DNA of 64,000 nucleotides from Octopus vulgaris. Its lineage: Eukaryota. The stretch's first letter is position 1, and every line of letters starts with the position of its first letter. The notes under the pieces were generated by a model. It worked only from the letters and a program-made list of their open reading frames with translations. It was not told the origin of the DNA and ran no database searches. The stretch covers positions 24,366,001-24,430,000 of the forward strand of contig OX597822.1 of NCBI GenBank assembly GCA_951406725.2, in the 5' to 3' direction. This document shows, one piece after another, positions 13,700-27,330 of the stretch. Both the position numbers and the translations under genes were made by a program.

Positions 13700-14335
13700 T
13701 GGCCTTACCCAAAATAGGTAGTGTACGTATCCTGCGGTTTCCTTGGAAACAGAGCCACCTAGTAAACGATATATCTATAGATATTGATGTGATGTCCATC
13801 ACAGAGGCACGAGCTTTCATACCCACTTTTGGTGGCTACGAAGTGAATGCACAGGAAGTTGGCCGAGATCAGGAAACAGAGTGCTGTGTTGGTTAGGAAA
13901 GATCTGGATCCTACGATATGGACAGTCTTCCTGGATCCAGAAAGTACTGGGCGGAACCATTAGCAAAGGCCATGTCTTCAGAGACGTAGCCGTCTACACT
14001 TCCTCCAAGGCGAGGAAGCCAAATTTCTTTGGGTGTCTGGAGTTCTTTTTAAGAACATCTCGCTCTTTAGTGCTAGTAGGGTGATTGAAACGCCATCATG
14101 TATACAGTCTTGAAGTTAGCTAATAGGAGAATAAGCAAAGCCTCGCAAATTTGCACGGAAGGCTCTACTTGTCTTAGAGGTAGCGGTTGGATTTTCTGCA
14201 TATGTGGAGATTGACAAAGTGCAATGAGTCAACTGGATCATGTCTTGATAGAGTATTCTGTAGGCCACTAGATCAGAAGTCATAGATTGTCCCCAGTCTA
14301 ATCTCGTTGGCTACATAGACCGCAAGTTAGAGATT
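13700..14335 (+). mobile_element. LINE (L1/Tx1-like) apurinic endonuclease pseudogene fragment
   Basis: IGSV...IDVMSITEAR, LVLVGD*NAI, LDRV and TDRKL correspond to decayed APE motifs (QET, GDFN, DR, SDH); frameshifted. Confidence 0.65.
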
Positions 14336-14339
14336 CAGA

Positions 14340-15850
14340 ATTCACTTTGCATTTATACACTACGCTTTTTTTTTTCTATAATTATTAAACAAACAGTTAT
14401 TTCTATCTTTGCAATCACAATATATATTTTCATTTCTATTCATATTACTATTATGATTTATATGATTAGATTCAATATGACTGTTATTTACAGCACTACT
14501 TCTAGTCTTCAGGTTAAGATGGGATTTAAAATGGGTTGTTTCCCCTTGTACATTAGAAGAATTATTTTTATATTTTTCACAAATAGTATTTCCAAGAGTA
14601 TTATTGTTGCATTTAACCGGGTGATTATTGTCATAGAAATTTGATAATTTCCTTTCGTTAAGGGAAGAAATAATCTGGGACATATTCTTCGAAACAGAAA
14701 AAGCCAAACAGAGAAAACTGGCACTAATTACATCATAATATCTATTTTCTTTGGTAAAATGTCTAGAAAATAGTTTGCATAAAGATCTAACTAAATTGTT
14801 CTTCATTTGCTTAGCGAATGGAATGAACCAAATGAGATTATTCTTATCAGAAAGTACATTATAATTTTCAAATATTTAAAATCCTACTATATTTTTAAAG
14901 GGTGCGTTTTTTTAATTTCATTATTTCTATTTCTAATTTCATGAGCAATATCCGATGTACGATTCACTAAATTGGTTTTCATATTTTGCATCTCATTTTT
15001 ATCTATAGGACGTTTGTTTTTATTATTACTTTTTTCTGTCCTTATTTCTATTTCTTTTAGGTCCTTTAAAATTATAGCTATCATGAGTAACTCCCATGTT
15101 ATTTGAGCCACCGTGGTTGATATTTTGTGCATAATACTCTAACTTCTTGTTATACCCAGCTTTGTTGAGTGTCATATTATAACAGTCGGCGTTTTTGTTT
15201 AAATATCCTTGTTAGATGATAAATGCAGACTCAGAAAGTTTTAGAGAATTGGGATGCTTACTTCTAATATTTATATATTTAAGATTGTAATTAGGATTGT
15301 TCATTAAGGCGGCGAGCTGGCAGAAACGTTAGCACGCCGGGCGAAATGCGTATTTCGTCTACCGTTACGTTCAGAGTTCAAATTCCGCCAAGGTCGACTT
15401 TGTCTTTCATCCTTTCAGGGTCGATAAATTAAGTACCAGTTACGCACTGGGGTCGATGTAATCGACTCAATCCGTTTGTCTGTCCTTGTTTGTCCCCTCT
15501 GTGTGTAGCCTCTTATGGGCAGTAAAGAAATAGGTATAGTTCATAGTTGCCCGTAATGAGGTCTAGGTTTGAAAAAGGTTTAGATTAAAAGACTTGTTTA
15601 AAACTATTTGGTTAATTGAAGAATAACAACTTATTCATATCTATTTGTATAGAATTGTTTTTACTTTCGTATTTAATGCTGTTAAACCAATTTAACGCTT
15701 TGTGGGTATCCTTATCTTTTCCTTAAGGACCTGTATATACTTGTCTTGAAATGTAATTTCTCAAATTGATTTAATTGGGTATGGAAACAATTGTAGTTGA
15801 AATTGAGTTTAATATTGTTCAGAATTGTATCATGTTCTAATAAGCTGATG
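14340..15850 (-). mobile_element. Penelope-like retroelement pseudogene (RT C-terminus to GIY-YIG linker), interrupted by a SINE at ~15306-15535
   Basis: NNLIWFIPFAKQMKNNLVRSLCKLFSRHFTKENRYY...AFSVSKNMSQIISSLN and CDCKDRNNCLF resemble the Penelope IWFNPP..., HF...ISYSC.PN...II..HN and CNC...CPL motifs. YINIRSKHP lies upstream. Many stops. Confidence 0.75.
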
Positions 15851-16011
15851 TCTATATATTTCTTTACTACCCACCAGGGGCTAAACACAGAGGGGACAAA
15901 CAAGGACAGACAAAGGGATTAAGTCGATTACATCGACCCCAGTGCGTAACTGGTACTTAATTTATCGACCCATAAGCTGATGTCTATATGTCAGTTTCTC
16001 CGTTTCAGTTT

Positions 16012-16076
<65 letters not shown>

Positions 16077-19000
16077 GTAATGTATGTATATATGTATTAA
16101 TAGTTGTCTCTGAAGTCCTAGAAAGACGGTTCGGCAATACGTTGCCGAACAAATGCTTAGATTATTTGTTTATAGTTATCAAATATTTGCGCTGCACATT
16201 AAGGATCTCCCTTCATTAAATCGGCATTGCCTGAACAAGTGCATGATGTACCACATATCAGATAAAGTGATCGCAGAGCAACGCAAGATGAAGTGGTTTG
16301 CTCAAGAAACAACACACCGCCCGAGGCGAGATTCGAAGCCACGATCTTGTGATCGTGAATACAACACGCTAACCACCAGGCCACGCATCCTCATATGTGT
16401 GTGCATGTCTTTACCCCTTCGTCCCTTACCACCGCTTGACAACCAGTGCTGTTTTTTTTTTTCGTACAAGGGGTTGCCAGAACAAGTTCCCGGCTTTTAA
16501 AAAAGCTTAAGTATTGTGGTCAATTTGTTCGACTAAATATTGCAAGGCAGTGCTCCATCATGGCCGCTGTCCAATGACCGAGGCAAGTTAAAGATAGTTC
16601 AGGATTTTTTTCTTTTTTTGCGTGGCATTTGACAATGACATACAAAGCTTGGTGCCACAGTATTCACTTTTTCTTGTGATTGATGGAATCAAAATGACAA
16701 TGGAAAATCAACAAGGCAAGAAAAGAAATAATAAACAAACTCGAAAAAGACAAAAAAAACCCCAAATAAATTCGAATGACTCCTATGTAGCAGTAAATAG
16801 AATTAAGGCTTTGATAGGATTCGAGGGTTACTTCCCCTTAGTAATTCAGATTCTTTAATCATTTAATAAAATTGACAATATCAATAAAGATATCTCGTGC
16901 GTTATCACAATCTATTGCTTTGCTTATTTTTCCCTTTCTCCTTTCATTGTTAGATTTTTCCTATTCTCTTTTTTTTTTTTTGTCTTTTCTTTTCACAAAA
17001 TTGTTTTCGAAGAGGAAATTATAACAAATCCATTTTTGGTATAGTACGGTATACATTATCGAAGGGACTTAACTCTCAACGGCTTGGTGCACTTAACGAT
17101 AACGCATCACGTGGAAGGTAATGTATTAATGCTTCAGCTCATAGGAAATATCTAACGAGTAGATATTTCCTAACCTCCCTGTGCAGATTTCGAAACCCCT
17201 CACCTACAAAATACGGTATTATATTAAAATTTTCTTTCGCAAGAGCCAGATATCTCTCAAACTCCTTAAGGCTTGTGAAATCTAGAAAGCTTAACCGCAC
17301 TCACTAAAACGTAAGACGATTTTTAAAAGCAGTTGCTGGAAGACACTTTTATCACAATTTCCATCTTCAATACTCGGGTATCTTTCTACCAGATCGATAT
17401 CTTATTGTTCAATCGTAGTCATTATATGAAAGGCCAAATGTGGTAAATATTAATATTTACAAACGAAAACATGAAACAATCACACTTAACCAAGACCATG
17501 ACACCAATTCCATTTCTGGTCTACGTCAGTTCACTCTCTGCCCCTCATGTCTCTCTCTAAAAGGTGTAAGGAGTATACAACTTCCAGTGTTCTCTTTCAT
17601 TAAAATCACTGTCATCATTTAACGTTCATTTCTCCATGCATGAGTCACAGGGAACTTGCTGAGGCAGAGTTTTTCTACAGCTGGATGCCCTTCCTGTCAC
17701 CAACCCTCACTGCTTCCATGCCAGGTAACATATCACCATGAAAGATAAGGAACGGACAGCATCGTTTGTATGACTGCAATGCTCATTTACGATCATCAAA
17801 TTATGTCATGAAAAGGGTACACCATCGAACACATATAAATATATAAATAAGGGACCGGTTTCCCGGTTTCAATGGCGTATGTGTTCCCCAGCTGGACGGG
17901 ACACCAGTCCATCGCAGCGTTACTCATTTTTGCCAGCTGAGTGGACTGGAGCAACGTGAAATGAAGTGTTTTGCTCAAGAACACAATGCGTCGCCCGGTC
18001 CAGGAATCAAAACTACAATCTTACAATCATGATGCTGACACCCTAACCACTAAGCCACGCGCCTCCACCAAACACATATACATACACACTTATACACATT
18101 TATGATAGGCTTTTTTAGTTTCCATCTACCAAATCCACACAATGAATTTGCTCTAGGTGCTGCACATTGGGACTGAACCCAAGACCACATGGTTGGGAAG
18201 GAAGCTTAACCACACAACAATACCTGCACCTTTGTATCCAAGAAAAACTAATTGTAAACCCTTTAATATAAAAAGTGTTATCAAATTTTATTTTGAGAGA
18301 ATTTCAATTGACTGAAGCAGTAGTTTTCAAAGTGGCAAATACCTGCACTCCTCCTCAAATATCTCTCTATATCTACATAAATAGGTTGTTTGTTCCTTCT
18401 CGAGCCACACCTGGCTCATAGGGCCGGTTTCCCAGTTTCCTTGGTGTATAGGATTCCCCACCTGGACAGGACGCCGGTCTGTCGCAGGTGAGCTTCAAGA
18501 TGCATGAGGAAAGAGTGAGAGAAAGTTGTGGCGAAAGAGTGAGCAGAAGTTCGCTATTACCTTCTGTCAGAGCCCCATGGAGCTCAGGTGTTTCGCTCAT
18601 AAACACACACATCACTCGGTCTGAGATTCGAACCTGCGATCCCTCAATCGCGAGTCTGCTGCTCTAACCACTAGGCTATGTGCCTCCATACACACATGGG
18701 TAGATAAAGGTTTTGGTTTACGCCTCTTAATTAATGAGGAGAAAAACAGGTTTTGCATCTAAATAAGCTCTTCCTTCTCTATATTGTTGAAAAAGTTTAA
18801 AATGTTTTATCTTTTACTTAGTTCAGTCATTAGACTGTGGCCATGCTGGGGCACTACCTTGAAGAACTTTTAATTCAAATTAATCTACCCCAGTACTTAT
18901 TTTTTGTTAAGGCTAGCACCTACTCTATCAGTCTCTTTTGCCTAACTGCTATGTTATGGGGGATGTAAATACATCAACACTGGTTACCAAGTGATAGCAG

Positions 19001-20986
19001 AGGACAAACATAGACACAAAGACACTCACACACATACACATGATGGGCTTCTTTCAGTTTTTGTCTACCAAATCCACTCACAAAGCTTTGGTTGGCTCGA
19101 GACTATAGTAGAAGACACTTGCATAAGGTGCCATGCAGTGGGACTGAACCCGGAACCATGTGGTTGAGAAGAAATCTTCTTACTGCACAGCCATGCCATT
19201 AAACATGGCATTTTGGCCACCCTGCTTTTTTTTCTTCTTCAATCCTCACTATGTCCACCCCTAAGAGTAACACTAAGCTACTCAAGAATGAGGAGAATAC
19301 TATGTAAATTCACTTGAAATCCTTGTTGTGACAGCCAAATTTCTCTACACTGGACATCCTACCTTGTGACCCTCAAATATTTCCAAATTCAATAACATTT
19401 ATTATAAATTGGATTGAAATGAAACAATTATTTTTACTGTCCCCACTCTTTCTTTCTTTTATTCATTTTTTTTTTAAATGATTAAAAATTAGTTTTGCAC
19501 CAGCACAAACAAAAGACAAAGAATCAACAATCATAATACCGAATAACTTTGAATTTTCACTTTAATTCTTTTAATAGAAAAAACTTCCGTGGTATTTGTT
19601 AATGGTTTCGTTTTGTGGAGAGGGGGAGACATTTTCTTTTAAATCGTGTTTTGTGTCTTTTAGATGTCTTTTGCTCTTTTCATTAATTATTTTTTTTGTA
19701 TGTTCAAGTTATAGTTTATATGTTACTGGATGAACTGACCAAAGTGGAGGGGAGAAGGGGTCAGTGATTTTTTTTTTTAATCCTGTCTTAGCATTGTATC
19801 CACTTAGCTTCTATGACCAAGTCCATCTAACACTCAATGAGTTCTACAGGTGGTATTGTTTAATGCTAGAAGCAGTAGCAGCATCAGCAGCATTGTATAA
19901 TAATGTGTTATGGAATGAACTAAACCCAGCTTACAAAGGTGAATTTAGTTCTCTCCATGAGAAAAATTTACCTGCAATAGACTAAGGTTGATACTCACTT
20001 GACTTTACATACAATGCAATGGAACTGAAATCTAAATAGGGTCTGGGTTTATTTATAAATCCACATGAGTGAACAGTATCAACAAGAGGAGTACAAATGT
20101 ATTTCCCTCACTTTAATATCCTTATTTAGTTTGTACTTATGTTTTTGAATACAGTTAAATAGTGTATAACAAGCAGCTGTTTACTAGCAGAATTCTATAA
20201 ATTCATTAATAAGGGATTTCTGATATAATCAAACATTTTAGGCCAATTTACTGAAATGCTTACAAACAAATACTTTTGTTACCATACATTGATTGAAATA
20301 TCCTGTCATTGTTTCAATTAATTTTGAAAAATGATAAAGAATTTAGTAAAATCGTTTTGCTATTATTTATCTGATGTCTGGAACATAGACTTACAAGAAA
20401 TTTTGATCGAATTTTTCAATTTTGGTCTCTTTAAACCAGGAAGTTCCTGTCAGAGAACCTGGTGTGATCTCAAGTGAATCGGTACCAAAAGGGTGAATGG
20501 TTTCTGTTGAATTTTTAAATGCAAGACTAGGAAACAATGAAGGAAATTATCAAATATTAAAATGTTAATTCATGATTTTTAAATGTTCTGATAGAAAGTT
20601 GCAAAACAAAAACAAAATCATTTTCTTGAAATGGACATATGATAGATTTAATGCTACTACTACTAATAATAATGGTTTTAAATTTTGGCACAAGGCCAGA
20701 AATTTTAAGGGAGGAGTAAGTTGATCATAGTAATCCCAGTGTTTAACTGGTACTTATTTTATCGACCATAAAGGGATGAACGACAAAGTCAACCCTTGGA
20801 GTAATTTGAACTCAGAATGTAAAGCCAGAAAAAATGCCATTAAGCATTTTGTTTGGTATGCTAATGGCTCCCTCATCTTTAAATAATTCTTTTGTAATCT
20901 TTGGGCTCAGAACATTAAGATGGACAAAATGCCACTAAACATTTTGTCCAGTACACTAACAATTCTGTCAGCTCACCACCTTCTGG

Positions 20987-21027
<41 letters not shown>

Positions 21028-24000
21028 CTGATTGTATATAGTGCTCAGGTGCACTACAACTTAAGGAGGTAGATTTTGTCATGCATACTTCCTGACAACT
21101 GTGCATCGTTAATGGAAATATGGATATGGTTGCTCAATGGAAAATATTTTATTTTATGTGTTAGATAAATAAATAATAGAAATTGTAAAATACAGATATT
21201 TATCTAAATATCAGGGAAGATAAATGAGGAGAATGAGTTTTTAGTCAGTAAAATATTCATCTTCTAAGGTTGCTGTTGGAATGAATAACATGAATATTGT
21301 ATCAGAGCCAGAAAAGAACTAAAGATGGGATTTTATGATCATTAAACTTACTGAGTATTAAAGTAATTGTTTCTGATTTAGGCACAAGGCCAGCATTTTT
21401 GAGGGGAGGACCCATTTGATCCTACTGACTCCAGTGCTTGGCAGGTATTTTATTTTATCCACCCCCAAAAAGAAAAGTTAATTTTGGGTGGAATTTGAAC
21501 ACAGAATTTAAAGAGTTATAATAAATACAAGGAAGTATTTTTTCATGCTTTAATGATTCTGCCAGCTCGCCACCTCACTAAATATTAAAAGACTTTCTGC
21601 TATTGGTACTAGGTCATAAATTTGGTGGGTGGGGGTTAGTTGATTGCATCAACCCCCCATATCAACTGATTCTTATTTTATTGACCTTGAAATTGATGAA
21701 AGGTAAAGTCAACCTTGGAGGAATTTGAACTCAGGATATAACAAGTTAGAAGAAATGCCACTTAACATTTTGTCTGACTTGCTTATGGTTCTGCCATCTC
21801 ACTGCCTTTCATTAAGTATTAAACTAACAGGTTCAAAATTTGGCACTCGGCCAGCAGTTTCGTGTGAGGGGGTAAGCCAATTACATTGACCCCAGTGTTC
21901 AACTGGTACTTATTTTGTTGACACCGAAAGGCTGACAGGCTAAGTCGACCTCAGCAGAACTTGAACTCAAAATGTAAAGAAGGATGAAATACTGCTAGGC
22001 TTTTTGCCCAAATTGTGAACGATTCTGCCAGCTCATTGATGTTCACTGAGTATTTAAAGGCATACAATACTATTGAGTGTTGAAGTAGAGGATTTAGAGT
22101 ACTCCTGAGGACAGAGTACGTAGTGTATGACTACAGAGGATATTATAGTACTGAGAATTGTAATTGAAGATTAACAATACTAGTTTCATGAGATACAGGG
22201 TGCAGCAAAGAAACCTCAGATTCACCATTCTTGATAAAACGTTTAAACAGTAATCACATGATCTGCACTGACCTAAACGATGATAGAAACTGAAAAGAAA
22301 AGGGTAAAACAATATTATTTGAAAATATTATTACCCTCTTACATAACGTCACTAGTGCCATACTAATATTCATTTAATATAGGGGAGGTTTTTCTGTCGC
22401 ACCTTGTATCAGTTAATTTACTGTGGTTTCTAAAGATTAGGCATGAGGCCTAAATGTCAAAATAAAGGGGATATAGTCAAGTGAATCAAGCCTTAGTATA
22501 TTACTGGTATTTCTCTTATTGATGCAGGATGGTTTGAAAGGTAAAGTGAACCTTAGCGTGATTTGAACTTGTAATGGAGAGGGTTGGAACTAAACAGTGT
22601 TAATGTAATGTATGCAAGAGTGTGCTCTACCACTTCTGCCAACTTTCTGCCTTGCCTTTGACTAATATCGATTAATATTGATTAAAACGTTAGTTGATTA
22701 ATATTGATTGATTATAGAAATTGGTGAATCAGTGTAGTTAGTTAGTTTGATCTGTAAGCAAGACTCTCACAGTACGTGCAGTGTGTGGTGGAGAGAGAGA
22801 AAAAATATTGCAAGAAAGAAATGTGACTACCAACAGTTTTTTTTTTTTCATTTTTCTTGAATTGGAAAGGAGAATGTCAGTCCTCCCCAAGTAACATTTG
22901 CAGATGAATCCAGTACCTATTCCTGACAGCTAGACTAGCTGAGGCTTGTAGAATGAACCCCATTGCCCAAAATAGACATTGAAATACTTACAGTAGATAA
23001 GAATTGGTAGTTCAAGAGAGTATCCACTTAATCATTTTTTTTTTCCAAAGGCATTAATGACATAGTGAAGTGGAAATAAAAAGAAAAAGAAGAAATAAAA
23101 ACAAGATCTTTGACTGGAATTTGATACCAGTCATATATGTGGCTTGCTGTTTGCAAGTCAATGCTCACTGATCTCTAAAATTAACACTAACATTAATTTT
23201 ACTCCATCTATTTAGAACTATTACCTTATGGAATAGATGATGTAATTGTTAATAGTTATTACGTAAATTTAGACTAACTGAATAGTTTTTGTAACTAATT
23301 ATGATCAATTAATTATAGAAATGGCACTTTAACAAAAGGGTCTATTTATTGATTATAAATTAATAATTTACGTGTTTGTTTTGTTAGTTAAGACATCCCG
23401 TTTAATCAAGGTGATAATAGCTTCAAGGTACCTAATCCAAGATTGGGTACCCTTCATTGCAGTGCATTAAAAAAAAAAGTGTGTTTTATTTTCTCAAAAA
23501 TGAAAAAAAAAAAAAAAGAAATTGTCTGATAGGAACAGTTAAAGAAAAGAAATAGAAGATGAAAAAAAAAACAGGAAGAAAAAGAAGCCAAAAAAAAAAA
23601 CCTGGGAAAAAAAAAAAGACTTTTTTGGGCCATAAATTTCTGATTTACAATGTCTTCTACATATTTTGGCAGTAAAAGAAAATAAAACAAGAAACGAAAA
23701 CAAAAAAAAACGTAAAATGATAAACACCAAAACTCCACTTTTATTCATATGGCCTAACAACTAACTGCAAAGTAACAGAAAAATCTGGAAGGAATAAACC
23801 GATATTGTTATTCTCAGGAATGTGGTACAGGTGAATCTAAAGGCTCACTCTCTGTTTGACAATTTGTCAATGTTAATATTAAATTTATGATAATATTTCA
23901 GACACTTAAACTGCATTCCTCACCCACCCTGCTCCATAATTCTGGTTCCTTTATCACATAATCACATCATCTAACTATTCTTCTCCTACGTTGTTGTTCT

Positions 24001-25889
24001 CTTGTGGAATGTTCTTCTAAAATATCAAACCTTTTACGTCTGCTAGTCCTCCAGTTACTCAGCCACCCATTGTCTGCTGTCTGTTGTACTGATCAATCAG
24101 GTGAGTAAGTAGCTTTTACCATTGAATAAATATAACCCAGATTTACCTTTTTTTGATTTTCTATGCATATCACTCTCTCTCCGTTTTTCTTTACACATTT
24201 CTCTCACTCTGATTTCCTTTACATATCTCTCTTTCTCTCTCTCTCCCCCTTTCACCAGACATATTACTTCACTCACTTTTTGTCTTTCTCTCATGATATC
24301 TGCTCCACTCACTTCCAATACTAATCTCTCTCTCCCTCCCCTGACAAACACACACACACACTCACTTTGCCCACTTCCTATACCATCTCTTCCTTTCTCT
24401 TTCTCACCTGAGACACAAGCATTTACTCTACCCTCTTTCTATTGTATCCTCTCACTTTCCCTCTCACCTGACAAACACGAAGTCTCTCACCCACACAAAG
24501 TCTCTCTTGACATCCACCTCTTTTCCTCATTCCACTCCTCTTTTCCATCATCCATTCTCCAAACATCTCCCTCTCTTCATATCCATTCCATTACCATAAA
24601 CCTCCCCCATTCTCTCTCATCACTTAAACATACACATATCCACCTTCTCTCTCTCTCTCTCTCTATTATCTGTCACTGTCCCTCCCATCTACTCCCCCAT
24701 TTTCTTTCTCGCCTCCAACCTCCACTGTCCCCTCTTTTCATTCACCTGTTCTTAAATCTTCTCAAACTCATGCCCACCCCCACTCTTGTACTCTCATCCA
24801 CTTCTCTCTCTAAATTCACCAATATTGATTGGAAAGTTTTGAAGGAGGGAGAGAGAGAGAGAGCAAGAATTTTGATTTTTGAACAAAACAGTGGTTGTCG
24901 TAGAGATAAAGAACATTGTATGAAGAATTTGCTACTTTTGATCCAATCTCTCTTTGTATCAGCATGACTTACCTATCTTCTTTAATAAACTCAATTTCTC
25001 TAGAACCTTCTTTGTTTACCCTCTCTTCTCTTTTCTGAACAGACAAGTCATTCTTTCTCACAAACACACACACACTCTCTCTCCCCTTGTCGCTTCAGTT
25101 TCAAACACATACACAAATCTGTTTCAAACATATACATACATATACTCTCCTAATTTCTCTCTCCATTAGCTCGTCAGACAGACACAGTTATTCTCTCTTT
25201 TTTACTGTCTTTCAATTTTCTTTTACTTTATCTGTACTATATGTCTTATTCTTTCTACTACACTTTTTCTACCTATAAAGTCTTTCTATATATGCTTTGT
25301 GTATATATATATACACGGTACATATGCCATTCATATTGATCGGTCTGCATTACTCTGTGAAGAGCAGAGCGTTTCCTGGTTATTCTGGCGTATATATTCC
25401 CCTCCCGGATGAGATGCTGGTCCATTGCAGGAATGACTTCACTATACCACCTACATATTTTCCTTGTATTCCTTCTACATTACTTTCCTTATATCCTTTT
25501 ATTCTTTTACTTGCTTCAGTCATTTGACTGCAGCCATGCTGGAGCACCACCTTGAAGTGTTGTTGTTGAACAATCTGACCCCAGGATTTTTTTTTAAGCC
25601 TAGTACTTATTCTATTGGTCTCTTTGTTGAAGTGCTAAGTCATGGGGATGTAAACACACCAACATCCGTTGTCAAGTGATGATGGAGCAACACACACACA
25701 CACACACACATATATGCGATAGGCTTATTTCAGTATCTGTCTACCAAATCCACTTACAAGGCTTTGGTTGGCCTGAGGCTAGAATAGAAAACACTTGCCT
25801 GAGGTGCCACACAGTGAGACTGAACTCAGAACCATGTAGTTGGAGGCAAGCTTCATACCAAATGCCTTTACCTGTCGCCTTGATAGATC

Positions 25890-26075
25890 GTTAACCACTA
25901 CACACATTTTTTTCTCTCTTTGTTTTTTTTCTGTGTCCCTTTCTGTAGAAGAGCATAGGCTCAAAACGTAAAAGACATTTTCTATTCCTGAGCATTATAC
26001 TAATACATCTGTTTGTTTTGTACACCACCTGTCTTCGTCTTTTGTTTTTTTGGTAAACTCTCCTATATATATACA
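25890..26075 (+). mobile_element. Penelope pLTR-like repeat with a minimal hammerhead-like motif (copies ~42535-42710 +, ~48375-48555 -)
   Basis: Three homologous copies share a CTTT-CTGNNGA-A-GAGC-NTAG-GCTC-GAAAC-GTA-AAAG layout. Confidence 0.6.
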
Positions 26076-27054
26076 TATAGGGAGAAAGAAAGAGGGACAG
26101 AGAATCATTAATGATCATCAGCATATATACCATCTAAATTACTCACTATCACTATAATGATATAGATTACCTATATACCCTCTCTATATTCTCTCAGTAT
26201 ATAGCATGTAACCTATTATTTTATGTATATATGTACACACACACACCATCTATATATTCACTACATACCATCTAAGTTACCTTCTAAACACCATGCATCA
26301 TCTGTATGCTATACACAGACCATCTTAATACTCAATCACTTCTATATATCATAAACTCCACCCAAAATCCCAATCTTAATCTTATTTTTATGTGTGTTTC
26401 CTCATCTCCCATTATCACACTAATATTATTATTACCATTATTATCATTAAAACTACCATATCTTATATTAGTTATCAGCTATTTTATCTTGAGGTTTGGT
26501 GGCAATAATCTCCTCAAATCTTGAGAATCTTTCTAAAGATTCTTGCAGAATCCAGGTTGCACTTTTCTGCAGGTCGACAATGAAAGTCTTAATTCCAATA
26601 TCCTTTAGTTTAATTATCATCATCATTATTATCGTTTAAATACTGCTAATGTCTTAATTTTAGTCGCTGTTTCTTTCATTAATTTTATACTTTGATGTAT
26701 TTTTTATTCTAACAGAAAAAAATTCTTATAACAAAGAATTAAACAAAATGAATAAAAAAAATTAAAGAAAAACACTAAATAAAACAAAAAGAATGTTTAA
26801 GTGATTAATGGAATAAATTTTTTTTAAATAAAAAAAAATCAGGGATAGCTATTTTTTGTTTTTACTGTATCTTCTTTTTTCTTTCTTTCTTTGTTAGGTT
26901 TGTTCCATTTCCTCTTAATATACTAAAATGTTTTTTTTATCTTCTTGGTCTTATATTTATTTTTTAAATGTTTTCTGTTTGTTTTTTTTTTCATTATTTT
27001 TTTGCTTTCTATTGTAATTTTATTTATTTTATTTTTTTTCTAGAATGGTAGTAG

Positions 27055-27225
27055 TTAAGGAATTTTGGAAGCAATTTCCTTCAGTTGGTTGTGACTAAGT
27101 CTAAAAAGTTCTCCAACATCTTTAGTGATATCAGTGGCGCCAAATCGTTTGTAAAAATCAATAGCCAATTGATTCCAGTCCAGCACACACCACTGCATCA
27201 ATTCACATTGTTCTCTGGCAGCAAC
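27055..27225 (-). CDS. SAT: Diamine/spermidine-spermine N1-acetyltransferase (SAT1/SAT2-like GNAT), last coding exon
   Basis: tttctttccag|GTT acceptor, phase 0; 171 nt. VAAREQCELMQWCVLDWNQLAIDFYKRFGATDITKDVGELFRLSHNQLKEIASKIP* contains the SSAT VLDWN..AI.FY..GA.D motif with the catalytic Tyr. Confidence 0.92.
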   Translation of the reverse strand, partial: VAAREQCELMQWCVLDWNQLAIDFYKRFGATDITKDVGELFRLSHNQLKEIASKIP

Positions 27226-27330
27226 CTGGAAAGAAATAACAACAACAATAATAATCCTTTCTACTAAAGGCACAAGGCCTGAAATTTTGGGGGAGGGGAC
27301 AAGTAGATTACATTGACCTGAGTGCATAAA

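Noticed and set aside
15306-15390. tRNA genes at SINE heads (families A, B, C)
   Set aside because: A/B-box-like motifs are present, but I see no complete cloverleaf and each continues into a SINE body.
24122-24967. 281-aa Ser/Leu/His-rich ORF
   Set aside because: Arises from CT-rich low-complexity sequence that lacks stops; no recognisable domain.
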